A stretch of DNA of 64,000 nt from the human T2T-CHM13v2.0 reference genome, Homo sapiens. Under the pieces are notes generated by a model that was not told the origin of the DNA, did no database searches, and worked only from the letters and a program-made list of their open reading frames with translations. Positions 26,401 to 41,934 of the stretch are shown here, in pieces (the first letter of the stretch is position 1; every line of letters starts with the position of its first letter). The position numbers and the translations under genes were made by a program. The stretch lies in NCBI RefSeq assembly GCF_009914755.1, contig NC_060936.1. One strand, given 5' to 3'.

Positions 26401-27044
26401 CTCTTTGGGTAATAAAGTCTCTATTAGAGAGACTTCAGTGGAGAACTGCAATCATAGTAATTTCTTCAGTCCTGGAACAACAAAGTGGATGTTTCTGGTT
26501 ATTTTCTCCGGATAGACATCCTGCTGCCTGTCCTGAAATTGAAATCCAGCTGCCACTCTCTGAAGGATTAGTCAATTCACTTTTCTATTATATATTGTGG
26601 TTGACTCTCTGGGCCATCAATTTATCTCTTTCTATGGAAGCATTGCAATCCAATTTTAGTTTACTTTTATTTAAACAACATTCAATGATAGGATTCTCAT
26701 ATACCATTTGTTTAGAAATCAATATGTATTAACAGTGACTATAAACCAAAAAGGAAAAGACTAACTAAATGCAGATTATTAGAAAATAACTTAAGCTTGG
26801 CTAACATTTCTGTAGTCAAAATACTGTGGGTTTCTCAACATGCAGGATCTGAATTCCTTACTAGCTGAGATTAAGGTTGTTTAATCCTGCCAAGTCTTAA
26901 AATGGCTTTTAAGAATTAAAGGACATCAATCATTCACCCACTGCATGTACAGTACAGAGAAAATGATGAAAGAGATAGTGAAGGAACTCACCACACAGCA
27001 GCGTGAAAGACATGCATTAAATTACTACAAAAGAGACTAATTTT

Positions 27045-27292
27045 AAATTTTAGATGCAGGGGTACATGTGCAGGTTTGTTATATGGACATATTGTGTGAT
27101 GTTAAGATTTGGGCTTCCATTGAACTCATCACCCAGATAGTAAACACGGTACCTGGTAGGTTTTTGACCCTGGCCTCCTCTCTCCTTCCTTGCCTTTTGG
27201 AATCCCCAGTGTCTATTGTTCCCATCTTTATATCTGTATGTCTCCAGTGTTTAGCTCCCACTTATAAGTGAGAACATGCATATCTGGTTTTC
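27045..27292 (-). mobile_element. L1MA/L1PB-like 3'UTR fragment
   Basis: GGGGTACATGTGCAGGTTTGTT...CCCACTTATAAGTGAGAACATG. Confidence 0.8.
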
Positions 27293-28287
27293 AACATGAT
27301 GAACACTATTTAGAGTTGCAGTAGATGCTAGGTAATCCAGCCTTTATTGGGGGATATGATACTGTCTTCTTTAGAAGGATCATGAGAGGGGTCTAGAGGA
27401 AATGATGTTTAAACTGAGATCAAAATGAGTAGGAGTTAGACGTGTGAGAAGTGGGGAGGAACATTCCAGGGAAAGAAAATAGCATATGCAAAGGCCATGA
27501 GGTAGACATGTTTAGTAAGTTCCAGAAACTTAAAGAAGGTTTACTCGGTTGGGACTTAAGAAATGACAGAAAATTATCTTGAGATGGAAGGAGAGAGCCA
27601 TATCGTGAATGGTCTTTTGAGTTATGTTAAGGATTTTTAAATTTTTTCCTGGCATATAATACCTGTCAGGTAATACATGACCAAAATGTAAATTTCCTAT
27701 TCCTTCTTCTTCACTGGGTCAATACAGGCTTGAGTTCAACCGTAGCTTTGCCGCTTACTCTGAGAAAGCTTCAATACCTTTATTTGCAAAATTAGAATCA
27801 TGACGGTATCTATTTCTAAGGATTAAATTGGGTGAGAAAAGCTTGTAAAGTGCCTAGGACTGTCCCTGACACATACAACTAGATATGATTATCTTTGGAA
27901 TATGAAAGAAATACTCCCATGAGCTAATGTGGTCCAATAAGTTTTGAGGGGAAGCGGTAGCATTTAGAGTGAATCTTAAAGTAGGACTTAGGAGGAAAGT
28001 CATTTATGTTCAGGGAACAAGATGACAAAAACATAGAGGTAAGAAAAGCCAAGTGTCCTTAGAGGATAGTTATAGTAGACCAGCTGGCTTTTAGTGGCTT
28101 GTCTGAGTTGCTGGGACTTACTTTCAGAAAATAGTTTCAGCCTGCTTTTAAAAGGCTTGGAGTAGCAAGCTAAGGCATTTGCATTTACTTCTTAGGTCAC
28201 AGCAGGGCTGAAAGCCTGCAGGTAGGCTTTGTTTGACCTACAAGTTTTGTTTGTTTAATTTGTTGGCATTTAAATATTGGAATATAA

Positions 28288-28628
<341 letters not shown>

Positions 28629-28657
28629 CTTGGTCTCCTCTTTAAAGAAGAAAAAAT

Positions 28658-28955
28658 GGGCAGGGCGCAGCAGCTCACGCATGTAATCTCAGCACTTTGG
28701 GAGGCTGAGGCAGGCAGATGACGACGTCAGGAGATCCAGACCATCCTGGCCAACATGGTGAAACACCATATCTACTAAAAATACAAAAATTAGCTGGATG
28801 TGGTGGCACACACCGGTAATCCTAGCTACTTGGGAGACTGAGGCAGGAAAATCGCTTGATCTAGGGAGTCAGAGCCAAGATTGTGCCACTGCACTCCAGC
28901 CTGGTGACAGAGTGAGACTCTGTCTCAAAAAAACAAACAAGAACAACAACAAAAA
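28658..28955 (+). mobile_element. AluS element (right member of an inverted pair)
   Basis: GGGCAGGGCGCAGCAGCTCACGC...CTCAAAAAAAC, with a small deletion in the right arm. Confidence 0.94.
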
Positions 28956-31900
28956 CCCGGAATGTCTGTCGGCGATGGGTCAGTATTCCTGCACAGCAAC
29001 ACTCGGCTGGAACTGAGCAGCTGCTGATCCTTTAAATGGTGCATGTGCTTGTTTGTTATTCACTGTCCTCACCCCTATTGCATTATACTTTGCCTGTCCC
29101 AGCCGTTAACTTTTCCATTGTGATCATTTTTGTTTGCAGTGCCTCGTAAGACAGTAATGATCCATGGAAACATTTTGTTAAGAAGGTGATAGGATGAAAG
29201 TATTATCAGAAGCCAAGTTTGACTTCAGATTTCAATATTTCTTGGTAGGTTGGGAAATGAGGGATATTGGGAAACATGGAGTAATGAGAACATAAAATAA
29301 TGTGACTAATGAACTAGGGTAATAGCAGGAGGTGTAGAAAGAGAGGAACTTCAGGAATAAAAATTAAATTACACATAGTGACTTTTTGGCAGCGGGATGC
29401 AGGGAAGTAAAGACATGGTAACTGTAAGAATCTGACTTAAATGTCCAGATGAGGAATTGATGGGGCAATTAAAGTTACGAGGCTGAAAACTGGGAGAGAA
29501 CTTGATGTAGAATTATAGATTTTAGTATAAATCTTAAAGAGGTGAGAGGTAGAAGCTTATGAAAGTTGAAGTGAAAGAGAGAAAGAAAGGGAAGAGAAGA
29601 GGAAAATAGTAAGGACTGAACTTTGGGAAAAAGTGGGAGAAAAAAAAACTATGGAAATGGATGAGACATTCAAAGAAAGAGGAAAAGAAAGAGCAAGATA
29701 TTCTAGTGTCATGCATTGTAAAGGAGAGAAAAGATAAAAATAGTGGTCAAGGGCTCTAGAGATGCTTTGAGGCTATTGAAAATCAAAAAAATATCTGCTG
29801 TGACTCAGAGATTCTTGATGACTTTCTATAATATGATATCAATGGTGAGATAAGGGCCAAAGCCAGAATAGCACATTACAGAGTGAACTGGTATAGGCAA
29901 AAACATTCCATGAGGATATTCGACAGTGACAGGAAGATGAAACAGGATAATATATGGCAGTATGGTGGTATCTGGGTCAAGTAAAATAAGTTTCTTCCTC
30001 ATTCCTTATTTCCTCTCCTCCCTTTAAGAAGAAATCTATGTTTAAATGCAGAAGTGAAGAAATTATGAAATAGGAATGAAGGGAATTTTGCTTGTTTTGA
30101 AGCCTACTGCTCAACAGGACTCCTTGTTTTTGCAAGTTGAACTTTGTGTGGTTTCTTATGTTAATTTTTTGCTTTTGCTGCTACAAGTTACTGAAAGAAA
30201 CAGGTTGCAAAAGTCTCAGAATTGGTATAAAGAGTACTCAGTAGATCTGTTTGTTCTTTTTAAATACTACAGTGATTCTAGTGAGCTAAATATCTCAATA
30301 TTTGTTTGTGAGTCTGACAGGGAGGATAAGGAAGCAGCTGAAAAGGGAAAAGATAATGAATATTTGTTGAGTCCTTTCTCTGAACTATCAACTATACAGT
30401 AGAGTCACATATTTCCATTTATTCCTTCCCCAGATGCTGCAAAGTTAGTATTATCATGCCTTTTCTACATATGAGGGAATTGAATCTTAAGGCCACACAG
30501 CTAGTTAGCAGAGGCTAGACCTGGGTTAGTATTAATAGCTCCAGTGGCTAAGCCCAGAATCTTTTCCTCCAAATATCAAGGGAACTGTTCCGAAGGCAGG
30601 TTGCCAAATCTTGGCCAACCTGAAAAAGATTTTTGGCTACTAAATTGAAGGAGACCAAAGAGATATGAATTAAATGCAAAAGGTAGTTTCTGAATATTTT
30701 CACCATAATTGATATTTTTGAGGACAAGTAAGAAGCCAGAACAGGATTTCAGGATTGGATGGTGGTAATGTGTCAATATTAGTTTCCTGAAGTTGATGGT
30801 TATAGTATCGTTCTCTAGAAGAATGTCCTTATTTATAACAATTACATATTAAATTATTCTAGGGTTCTTGGGCATCATGTCAGTAAATGTTTCAAAGGGA
30901 AAAAAAAAGTACTTTATCTTGTAATCGCAAATTTTCTGTGAGTTTGAGATTGCTTCAAAGGAAAATAAATACAAATATAATGGGGATTTTATGTATCCAG
31001 AAAGCAATTTAATCCCCCTATTGAACTTTGGCTCTTTGGCAAACAAATGCTCAGCTACATTAAACTGTTTGGGAAATTCAGTATTTGTCAGATATTTTTA
31101 AAATTACATTTAATTCTGGTTTGAAGGTGAGAGTGTTATATAAAGAGGAAGAATTTTTCTCCTTTTGACAAACTCTAAATTAAATGAATTTATTCATAGC
31201 GTTGTACACAGTAAAGGTATATTTAAAATATAAAAATCATCATTATTTTATAGATTTAAAAATATTTTAAGAAGGTATCTGCTTGGCATGAAAAATTGCC
31301 TGTTAGAAATAAGGCCTCTCAAAATAACCTCATCAAGAAAGACCAGTTTTAAAAGATGGGCCTTATTTTATATTCTGAAGGTCAGCAGCTTGGTACTGTG
31401 CCGTATCTAATTTTCTCAGCCTGTCATGCTGCTGAACCTTCAGGACAGAACAGAGTGAACTACAGGAATGCTGCAATTACATAAGCAAGGATGGATTGCC
31501 TGGCAAATGGCGCAATCAATGAACAATGGAAATTCAATCGGCTGTGACTGATCAACTACTAGGTGTTGGGGGAAAATCCACACTCTTATCACCGCCTGAA
31601 AGGTGGCTTACTTTTCTTTTGTCATGCCACATATAGTATTAGTTGAAAGGACAAAAAAAATCCAGTGGTTGAAGTTGTTTGCTTGTTCTTCTTCTTCTTT
31701 TTATTTTTTTTTATTCTACTTTCATAAGCAACAAGCTGCAACTCCATGAGGGAGATCATTGCTTTCCACTGTGGTGTGACATTTGTAAGAAAAATGTGTA
31801 GGAGGCTAATGAATCTTTGCAATTATATATATGAATGTAATAACCTCTCTAAATTACAGTTTCAAGTATATGTGAATGTGGAGCTCAAATCCTTTATCTA

Positions 31901-32350
31901 AACTACGTGGATAGGGAACTTGTTATATTAAAGGTATTAATTATATTTGTTTTTGTCAGTGTTTTAGTTGAATGAGGTAAGGAACAGTGCATAGAAAGGA
32001 TAGGTATTATTTTTATAATATCTTAGGAAAATTAAAATTTGTGAATTTTGAGTTTGAAGGAGTCCAATTGGAAATACGAGGATAGTAAAAAACAGAAGGT
32101 CTTTCAAATACTAAATTAGAGAGGGACAGAGTTTAATTATATGGCTTTAATAATTTAAAACATTAATTGCCTTAAGAGGGAGGAAAGCAATTAAAGTCTG
32201 TAGGTCTTTGACTTATGACCTGACTCTGGACAATAGGAATACCTTCTCTTAAGGTGTTTATGGTAGAATAACAACACTTGCCAAGTATAATCTTTCAAGG
32301 TGTCATTGCTAAGTGGATGCAGCAGTTAAGTAAAATAAATTTGGTAAGAT

Positions 32351-32442
32351 GAAGAAGAAGGAGCAGGAGAAGAAGAAGAGCAGGAGGAGGAGGAAGGAGG
32401 AAAGAGGAAGAGAAGAAGAAGAAAAGAAGGAGGAAGAAAAAG
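32351..32442 (+). repeat. Purine-rich GAA/GAG low-complexity tract
   Basis: GAAGAAGAAGGAGCAGGAGAAGAAG... Confidence 0.9.
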
Positions 32443-35400
32443 AATGCTTAATTTCTACTGTAGATCTGGCCAGTATAGATATCTGTAGAAAAATTTAGTA
32501 AGACTAAAAAAAAAATTAGTCACTCCGTATTATTGTCCATTTGCTAAATAACTTTAATCTAATGAGTGCATGGGAGCTTAGAAAAGTCCACTTTTGCGCT
32601 AATCTCACTTTGCATTCTCTCCATACATTTTTTCTTATTTTCATAGAATTCCATTGATTTTCAATTGAGAGGCAAGTATTTTTCTATAATAAACCACAAA
32701 TACCTAGACTGTGCCTTCCTCTAACTCTCCCTCCCAACTCTCCCTCCTTAAGTACAGATGAAATTTGCCACTCTTATCAATGGGATTTGTTGGATACCCT
32801 AATTTTGGTGGTTAGGAGGAAAAAGTATTGAGAATTAGTTAGTGGAGAAAACAAACTGATTTCTGGTTCAAAATCTTGGCTCTACTCTTTGAACAGTATC
32901 TTGGTCCAAATAATTATAATACGGAAGAATTATAAAATGCATACTGTGATGGGTATTACTATTTTTTGTGTTGTTTCTTTTCTCGTCTGTTCTCTTCTGC
33001 TAATATGTAGGAAGATTGGTCTTCCCCACATATACGTGATTATGCGATTAGCTTTGGCCACTGCAATAAGAGGAGCAAGGCTTTTCACTTAGTTAATTGC
33101 CAGAGCTTCAATTCTTAGTTCTTTCTCATCTACCATGGCCATTTGGAAGTACATGTAGAATAGAAGCAGTTTGGATTGCTAAGCAAAAACGTATAGATGA
33201 CAATGTTTTGGGGAGTCTACCTGAACCCACAATGGAGTGGCGTGAGTGAGAAATAAACATTTATTTTTGCAAGTTACTGAGATTTTGCAATCGTTACCGT
33301 ATGGCATAATCCAGCCTGTCCTTACTGATTGAGGGGTAAATAATAACTTTATGACTGTTGGGATAATTTAGTCTGCTAAAGTACATAAACATTGTCAGGT
33401 ATATCATAAAATAGCTAACCTTTTTATTATCTGTTATCATAAAAACAGCTGTTATGAAAACAGCTAACAACTAAGCTTTTTATTGTCTCCATAGTATGCG
33501 CTAGATACAATACTAAGTGTTTTAATTTGTTTAATATTTATAACAACTCTGTGAGGCAGGGCCAATTTTTATTCTTGTTTAAAGGGTTTGGAAATACAGT
33601 TTCTTAAGAAACTTGCCTAAACTTATAAAACTAGTAAATAGCAGAGCTAAGATTTCAACCCAGGCTGGCTGAATTTAGCATCTGTGCTCCTAAATATATT
33701 CTATTGCTTGTTGAAAATAGTCTCAATTAATTTTAGATTTTTAAAAATTTTTTAACTCTTCTCCTCTGAAACCGTTTAAAGTTTTTACTTTTCTTTTTAA
33801 ATAGTGATATAAGAAGAGTTTTTAAAGTTTGGGTCTACATCTCAAAAACATTCTAGATATGGAATAAAAAGTAGCTGTTCTTTGAAAAAATAAACTTTTA
33901 ATTTTTTATTGTGTATGACAGTCCTAAAGGTGGGAGGAAGGGAGCTTTAAATGAGTTGACAGCTTCTTTAGAAATGTTTCCTGGACAATAGAAAGCAATA
34001 TTAATCTCTTCCTTAAAACTACTCTGTTGATTTTCTGGCTTAAGGAAAATCTATAATGACCACATTATTCATTGCTTATAGTATGCTTTAATGTTATTTT
34101 TATAAGAACATGATAAATAGCCTAATTAATTTGTCTAATTATGAACACTTGGAAATTTACTCCTCCAACCTCTCAATAAAAAAATAGGATTTCTTTATAT
34201 GTTAAGTTGTTGGTTTTATTTACTTTTAAATACGTTGATGTGCACTATTTCTTTTTATTTTTCTTTCATTCTTTTTTATCTTGATCCTAATTCCCTTCTG
34301 CATTTTCAAGCAGAAGATATGCAGGTGGAGAAACCTTGATTAATGGCATATGTTAAGTGCAGAGATATATTTCTTGGAAATTGCATTGCAACTGGCTCCC
34401 TTAGTTCTAATAATATCCCATTTTTTAGGAATCCAGTGCAAGGTCAATGAGTTGTGTCTCTCACCTGTGTTATTCCATAGATATTGCCAAACTTTGGAAA
34501 ACAAATGATCTAAAAATGTTAAATGCTTCCTTTGAGTGTTTATGGGATGAGTCAAAAATATATGTGCAGAGTCTGTAATAGAATGAGAAGGAAACTAACA
34601 TGTGATTATTCTCTAGCTTGTTACTGAGTCATTCCTTTCTGTAACCTGATGTATTATCGTCAATAATGATAATGGTGATAGTAATAATAACAAAACAATG
34701 ACAATGGCAAAGACTATAGTACTGCTGTTTTGGTACTAATTATGAAGAATTTGATTTGTGTTGGGCCCTATGCTAATCACTATATGTATATTATCTCTTT
34801 GAATCTTCCCAACAACTCTTATAATGCATTTTTATAATACTGTAAACAAATGCACAGAAAGATAAGTGGCTTGTCCGAAGTTATACAGTGGTGGACTTAG
34901 TTTTTTCAACCCAGTTGGGTCACACTGTAGAGCCTAATTTCAGTTATAAGTTGTAATTATGCTCTCTACCTTCTGTTTTACATAGCAGAACCTAGAGAGT
35001 GAAAAAGCATGAGAGCAATGTAGCATTCTTAAAAATGTTAATCGGGATTTAACTTCCCTTTGCTTTATTTGTTCTCTGTGTTTCTGTGTGTTTTCCACTC
35101 TCCTCTTATCTTAGAGAAATGTAAGTCCTCACTGTTTTCCCAGAGCCAACTTGCACATGTCTTTTTGATTTCGTCGCCTTTCAATGTCTCTAGGGATTTT
35201 ATCTTAAAACCTTTAGTGGTTCTTTCCTAAAAAGCATTTCAATCTTGTTTTCTTTTAAGCAAATTTGGCAAAAATGCTCAATGCTCATCTACATTTTGTC
35301 ACTTCACATCTATTATGTGAGCTCATGCTCTATTGATACTTCTACCAATAATTTGACACATCACCACTCAGTAATAGGAGAGTAGGGTTCAGGTCTAAAT

Positions 35401-35797
35401 TACATTTGTGATCTTCGCAGCAGAATGCACAAAGCCTTCTGTATATATCAGTTGAACTGACATTAAAAACTTCACCATATACAGATTTACCTTCTAATCC
35501 ATCTCCTAAATCTGATTTTTTATATAAATTGCAGGTAGATACTACCTGAATCATCTATCCAATCAGAACCTCAAATAATCCACAAATCCTCTATCAAGGA
35601 ACCAAAGAGTTTGAAGTTTTGTCATCTAAGCTTTGGGTCTAAGCTTTATTTTGAGGCAGTTGGCTTCCTTTGCCTCTCCTTAGCTCATTCATTGATCCTT
35701 AAGCTGTAGTAGAGGATATTTTATAATCCATGGGTTTCCATTTATCAAGACAAATACATATATACTGCAAGTAGGGAAGGTAGGGAAATACTTCACC

Positions 35798-36116
35798 TAT
35801 GTGGGGGATTGGTTCCAGAACACCACCCACTCCCTGCAGATACCAAAATCTGCAGATGCTCAAATCCCTTATATAAAATAGTGTAATATTTGCATATAAC
35901 CTATGCACATGCTCCCATATACTTTAAATAATCTTTAGATTACTTGTAATACCTAAAACAATTAAGTGCTATGTAAATAATTGGTATACTGTATTTTTCA
36001 AATTTGTATTTTTTAATTATTATATTGTTATTTAAAATTAATTTTTCTCAAATATTTTTGATTCACGGTTGGTTGAATCTGTGCATGTGTAACCTGTGGA
36101 TATGGAGGGCTGACTG
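35798..36116 (+). mobile_element. MER2 (TcMar-Tigger) DNA transposon relic
   Basis: GGGGATTGGTTCCAG...ATACCAAAATCTGCAGATGCTCAAATCCCTTATATAAAAT...GGAGGGCTGACTG. Confidence 0.85.
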
Positions 36117-38137
36117 TTCCTATATGAGAATGAACTGGAAAAGTTGCCTCTTAGGCACATATGAGATTCCAAGGATCTCAGATTAAGAGTTGGGTTGATA
36201 TTATGTTATCAGATTGTCATCTTTTAGTAAATATGTTAAGAAAATTAAAATCACAGAATGAAAAAGTGATAGCAATCATATAAAAATGTTGAATTAGAAT
36301 GCATTTATGTTATCATAAATTATGATAAAATTTTAATATATTAGAGTAAAAGCCTATCTTGATCTGTTAAAAGCTTGAATTTTAGAAAAAATATAAAACT
36401 GATTTTATTATTATTTAAAAATATTGGGTCTTGACTGCTCAAGATCTCCTACATATGTCTAGCATGAGCATCGTTTTACTTCGCTAGAATATTTCAAGAG
36501 CAGTCTGAAAATGTAATTTGTAATTACAGGCTTAGTAGACCTAATTTGATGAAATTTTCTCTTACCTTGGTTTACTTAATTTATAAAAATATTAATTTTC
36601 AAGTTTATCATTAGTAAAAAATACTTTAATAAGGAGGGTTTTAAAAAATTAAATATTTCAAAGACAGTATTTGATGGAAATCGTATAATACCACTCTTAG
36701 ATCAAAATCTCTTAAATTCTAAAAGATGATTTTACTCTAAGTGTGCATACCTGTGTATGTGTATGTTAAAATGTTACAGGATACAAAACATGTTGGTACA
36801 TAATAACAGCATCACCTTTTACCATAGTAATTTAACTTCTTAAAAGCATCCTGAGTTCTCAAGAATTTAAGGAAAGTTAAGTAACTTGCTAATGCTCACT
36901 TGCCATGCAGAGATAGCAGATCTAGGATGAAAAAACAGACTTACTATGCTTGAGAGTGTATCAGTTTCTCATTGTGTCACGTTTCCTCCCCAATTAATCC
37001 TATCTTATCCTCATAATACCAGTGTTACAGATTTAAAAACGAGCTGTGCATACATAAATATATACATACACATATATGTTTGTTAGCCTTTTATATTTAT
37101 AAAAGTGGGTTTTATTTTGTTTTTTAGCCCTGGAGTTTATTCATTTGTTAATGCATTTGTTTCTTCTTTATTTTGTTCATTCATCCAATATTTACTGAAT
37201 GACCTCTATGGACCAGGCACTATTCCAGGTGCAAGATGAGAGTCCAGATAGAGTTTAACTCTAAAAAACAATGTTACACATCAAGCGAGGAAAAAGGGCA
37301 TTTTGCTTATAGTAAAATAGCATTCGTTTTCCTGTTCAATAAAAGAAGAGTAATAACAAGTGATATGGATTATCTAGTTATTATTTTCTGAAAATAAGAG
37401 TAACAAAATCCATTTTATTCTACAATCAGTTCTACTCTGAATTGCCTTTGATTGTTGAGGTGTGAAAAACTAGAGCACATAGCGTTCCATTTTGGTGAAC
37501 AGTGGCCATTTTCTAACTAATGAATCCTTTAATAGATTAAAAAAACAACTAATTTTAATTTTATCCCTTTGTGCAGCCTCTCATTTTTTGTTGGAGGTGA
37601 AAACAAGCAGGAAGGCAAGGGAAAGACAAATCAGAAAAGAGAGAATAAAGGGAGATAATGGGTTTCTTAGCACCAGCTAGATAATGAGATCTTGGATAAT
37701 TGAGCAGGCTGCACTGTATTCAAGTTTCAAATTATCAAAATGTTAATGGGAAACGTTTCATCTAGGAATGTGGTTGGAGATAGTGGGGTAATTGACAAAA
37801 ATATAATAAAGATGTACTTCGTAACATTGTTCTCAGATTATTTTGAGTATAAGGCTAGGAAAAAAAGGATAAAAGTTTTATGTTTTGCTTAGCATTAAAG
37901 TTATGTCCAATGGTGTCTATTTAGTGTAGTTGGATTTATCTTTGAGGCTATGTCTAGGTTATGTTTGTGTCTGTGTGTTTAAGGTTTTTTTTTGGGTGCA
38001 AGGTATAGGTTGGACATTAGATGGAGATGTAGTGTGATTTAATTATCAAGGGAGAGGTTTTATAAATGCAAGGCCTAGGATTGAGACTTATGTTTAAATT
38101 ACTTTCACTGGCATTTATTTATTCAGAAATAATTCTG

Positions 38138-38469
<332 letters not shown>

Positions 38470-39127
38470 TTATGCCTTTTTTCCCACTGTAAAAATAGGT
38501 ATTACTTTACATTTTAATTAGGTAAATGCAGGAAAGTCAAATATCTTGCTATATTAGGTATAGTTCCCTTCAGTGTTTTTTTTTTGGAAATAATTATAGA
38601 CTTACAAGAAGTTGCAAAAATAATGCAAAGAGTTCATTTGTATCCATAATCCAGCTTCCCCCAGTAATAACATCTTACATAACTATAGTACATTATTAAA
38701 ATCAAAATTGTCATTGGCATAATGCAATGAACTAAGCTATAGGTCTTATTCAGATTCACCAGTTTTTGCACTTATTTATTTATATTTTATGTGTAGATGT
38801 TATGCCTTTAAAAAATCAAGAATCTATGTCTGTCAATCTGTTTGACTCCCTGGATCTCTATTTCTGTTCTTATAGAGAAATGGAATTGTACTATCCATCC
38901 ATATTATTTGGTAGCTCATTTTTTTTCACTTGTAAGAAGTGTTTTTTCCATTTTTCTAATTCATTATTTTTAATGTATACAGAATATTTAACATATTGGG
39001 TGAATATATAAATATTTCCTAATCCTTTCATATTGGCATTTAGATGGTTTCTCTTTATTTGCTTTTATAAATCGGCAGATAGACTTGCATCTTTGGGCTT
39101 GGCATTCCAAGGATATATTTTTTTTTC

Positions 39128-39151
39128 CTCTCTCTCTCTCTCTGTCTCTCT

Positions 39152-39185
<34 letters not shown>
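39128..39185 (+). repeat. (CT)n(GT)n compound microsatellite
   Basis: Seen directly. Confidence 0.95.
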
Positions 39186-39187
<2 letters not shown>

Positions 39188-41452
39188 CTCTTTCCTTCCT
39201 TCTGGTAAATTCTTAGCAGATTTCAATGTATATTATCCAGCCATTCTCCAAAAAAATAATAAATATTGTAAGTTCCCACCATCTTTTTCCTTATGAAATA
39301 TTTGAAGAATAAAGATAATAACTTAGAGGACACTCAACACTGAATTCTGTGAAATCTTAGTATTTTGTCACATTAGTTTCAGATCTTTTTATCATAAGCA
39401 GTAAAACATTACAGACACAATTGACGCTCCCTGTGTATCTCTCCCAATTACATGGTATTTACAGAAACAATCTTAGAATAATTTGTAAGGCTCGATGGAA
39501 AGGAAAAGTTCTTTTTGGACATTCTCAAATGATTGATTGTATTCCCTCTTTTTAATAGGAGCTCATATTCAACATCTCTCCATGGACATGAGCTAAGTGT
39601 TGAGCAGAATGAGTTAATGAATATGCTCTCTGCCTTCTGGGAGCCTCGACTGTAGAGGAGCATTTCATCAGAACATTGCAGCATGTTGTTTTGCATGAGT
39701 TATAAGCTGAAAGAGAAAGAAATGGATAGTTAAGATAAAGATGTAATATGAAAAAATGAAAAAATGTATAGTCCTAAAGTTCTCAGGTTTAGAAAACATT
39801 AATTTCAATCCTTGTCTATTGCTCTCCTGTCTTCCTCCCATTTCTCCTTAACCAGAGCAACATTAACACCAGGTCAGCTAGTTGGGGTCCTCCTCCCCTG
39901 CATCGTGCTGCTGCTGCTCTTTCTCTTTCTTCTCCTTCTCCTCATTTCCTTCTTTGTTCATCATTTCATTATTGTTATCATCAGGAATACATGCTTCTGT
40001 TTTTTCCAACAAATACTAGCTGTCATTAGGCAGAGTACACCCTCCATTCCACTCCCTCCTGGTTCTCTGGATAACTCTGAGGTTTCTTCAAAGTTACCCA
40101 CTTGTGGCCCTGGGGGCATTCTGGATTGTAGGTCTGGTTTCTAGGAACCTGCTCTCATTTGGAGTTTGGTTCTTTGCCAGCTCATCATGACATTTCTGAA
40201 TTGGTTGACTGGGGACCACTGTTCCTAAGAGAGTCCCTAAAGTGTTATGAAAAGGACTGACTGATGAAGCATGCTTTCCTTTAAAAACTCTACTTTTAAG
40301 TTTATGTTATTAGCACTGTATTTGAATTTAATATATTTATGCTTTGAAACCTAAATGTTTTTATCTTTTACTTTGAACCTTAATATTAATCTAATTATCA
40401 TTTTACATTTTCTACCTTTTTAGATTAAACCAAATCCTATGTCCTTTTACTTAACTTATTGGTTTTTCCTGCATTTTCCTCTAGAATACAAATAAACAAG
40501 ATAAAATGTATCCTTAACGTCTTTGAATTTACTGTCAGGCATGACTCACAACCGGAGAATCTTTAAGATCATTCATTCATGTCTTTTCACTGACAGTGGA
40601 TTCAGTTCAGATAACAGGCATTGATTTCCTGAAAGCTTTTCTTTCTATTCTTTTTCCTGTGGGCTGCATTTCTCACCACTGGCAATTCACCTAGCTTTAA
40701 TCCGAGATGATCTGGCAAGGCGGAAGATGTCTATGTTGTCCTTTCATGTCGAGATGGGACAATCTGGCTAGAGATGGTGTGATGGGGCCAGATTCTGAGT
40801 ATACATACTCATGTAGGAAGGATCGGTGGGACTAAGGAATGCCTCTGTCTTTACATCAGGTTTCTCTGTTAAAATAATTATCTGTGCTATGGAGAGATGT
40901 GCTTTCCAAGTACTTTCACAAAAACAATATCCCTAGTGGTAAATTAACATAAGGCTATTATTCTGTTCCAAGTAAGCAATTACCCAATTTGGAGAGTTTC
41001 CTGGAACAGTCAGTTGATACTTCCCAAAGGCCAAGTATCTGTAATTCAGATGGGATATCACTGTGTGAATAAAGCAAAATGTTGCCCTCTTAAAAATACT
41101 TAAAGCCTGCTCTGTTTCTGTGCAACAGTAGTCTTTTGAGCTAGTCATTGTTTTTGCTGAGCACTGACTATTTACCTTATAAGAGTCTTTTTATTATTTG
41201 TCAGAAGAGAAAGTGTCAGGAGAGAATTTGTAAGGAGAATGTGTCAGGAGAGTATATTACATTTCACATTTATTCACACTTACAAGCTTTTATTTTAAAA
41301 TAATCATTGAGCATTTGTTGTGTGCCATTAATGAACTAGCATGTGGTCCCTGCCTACAGAAAGCAGAGAGTCTGGGAGGACACAAAAGTACACAAAAAAA
41401 CATGGATACTTAAAAGCGGACATGCACTTGTACCATTTTCTTTTTCTTCTTT

Positions 41453-41930
41453 TGTTATTATTATACTTTAAGTTCTGGGATACATGCACAGAAAATGCAG
41501 GCTTGTTACATAGGTATACATGTGCCATGTGGTTTGCTGCACCGATCAACCGGTCATCTACATTAGGTATTTCTCCTAACGCTATCCCTCCCCTTGCCCC
41601 CCACCCCCTGACAGGCCCCAGTGCGTGATGTTCCCCTCCCTGTGCCCATATGTTCTCATTGTTCTACTTCCACTTATGAGTGAGAACATGTGGTGTTTGG
41701 TTTTCTGTTCCTGTGTTAGTTGCTGAGAATGATGGTTTCCAGCTTCATCCATGTCCCTGCAAAGGACATGAACTCATCCTTTTTTATGGCTGCATGGTAT
41801 TCCATGGTGTATATGTGCCACATTTTCTTTATCCAGTCTATCACTGATGGACATTTGGGTTGGTTCCAAGTCTTTTCTATTGTGAAAAGTGCTGCAGTGA
41901 ACATATGTGTACATGTGTCTTTATGGTAGA
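41453..41930 (-). mobile_element. 5'-truncated L1PA 3' end (~480 bp)
   Basis: L1 3'UTR plus ORF2 C-terminus ([26 protein letters not shown]). Confidence 0.93.
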
Positions 41931-41934
41931 AATT

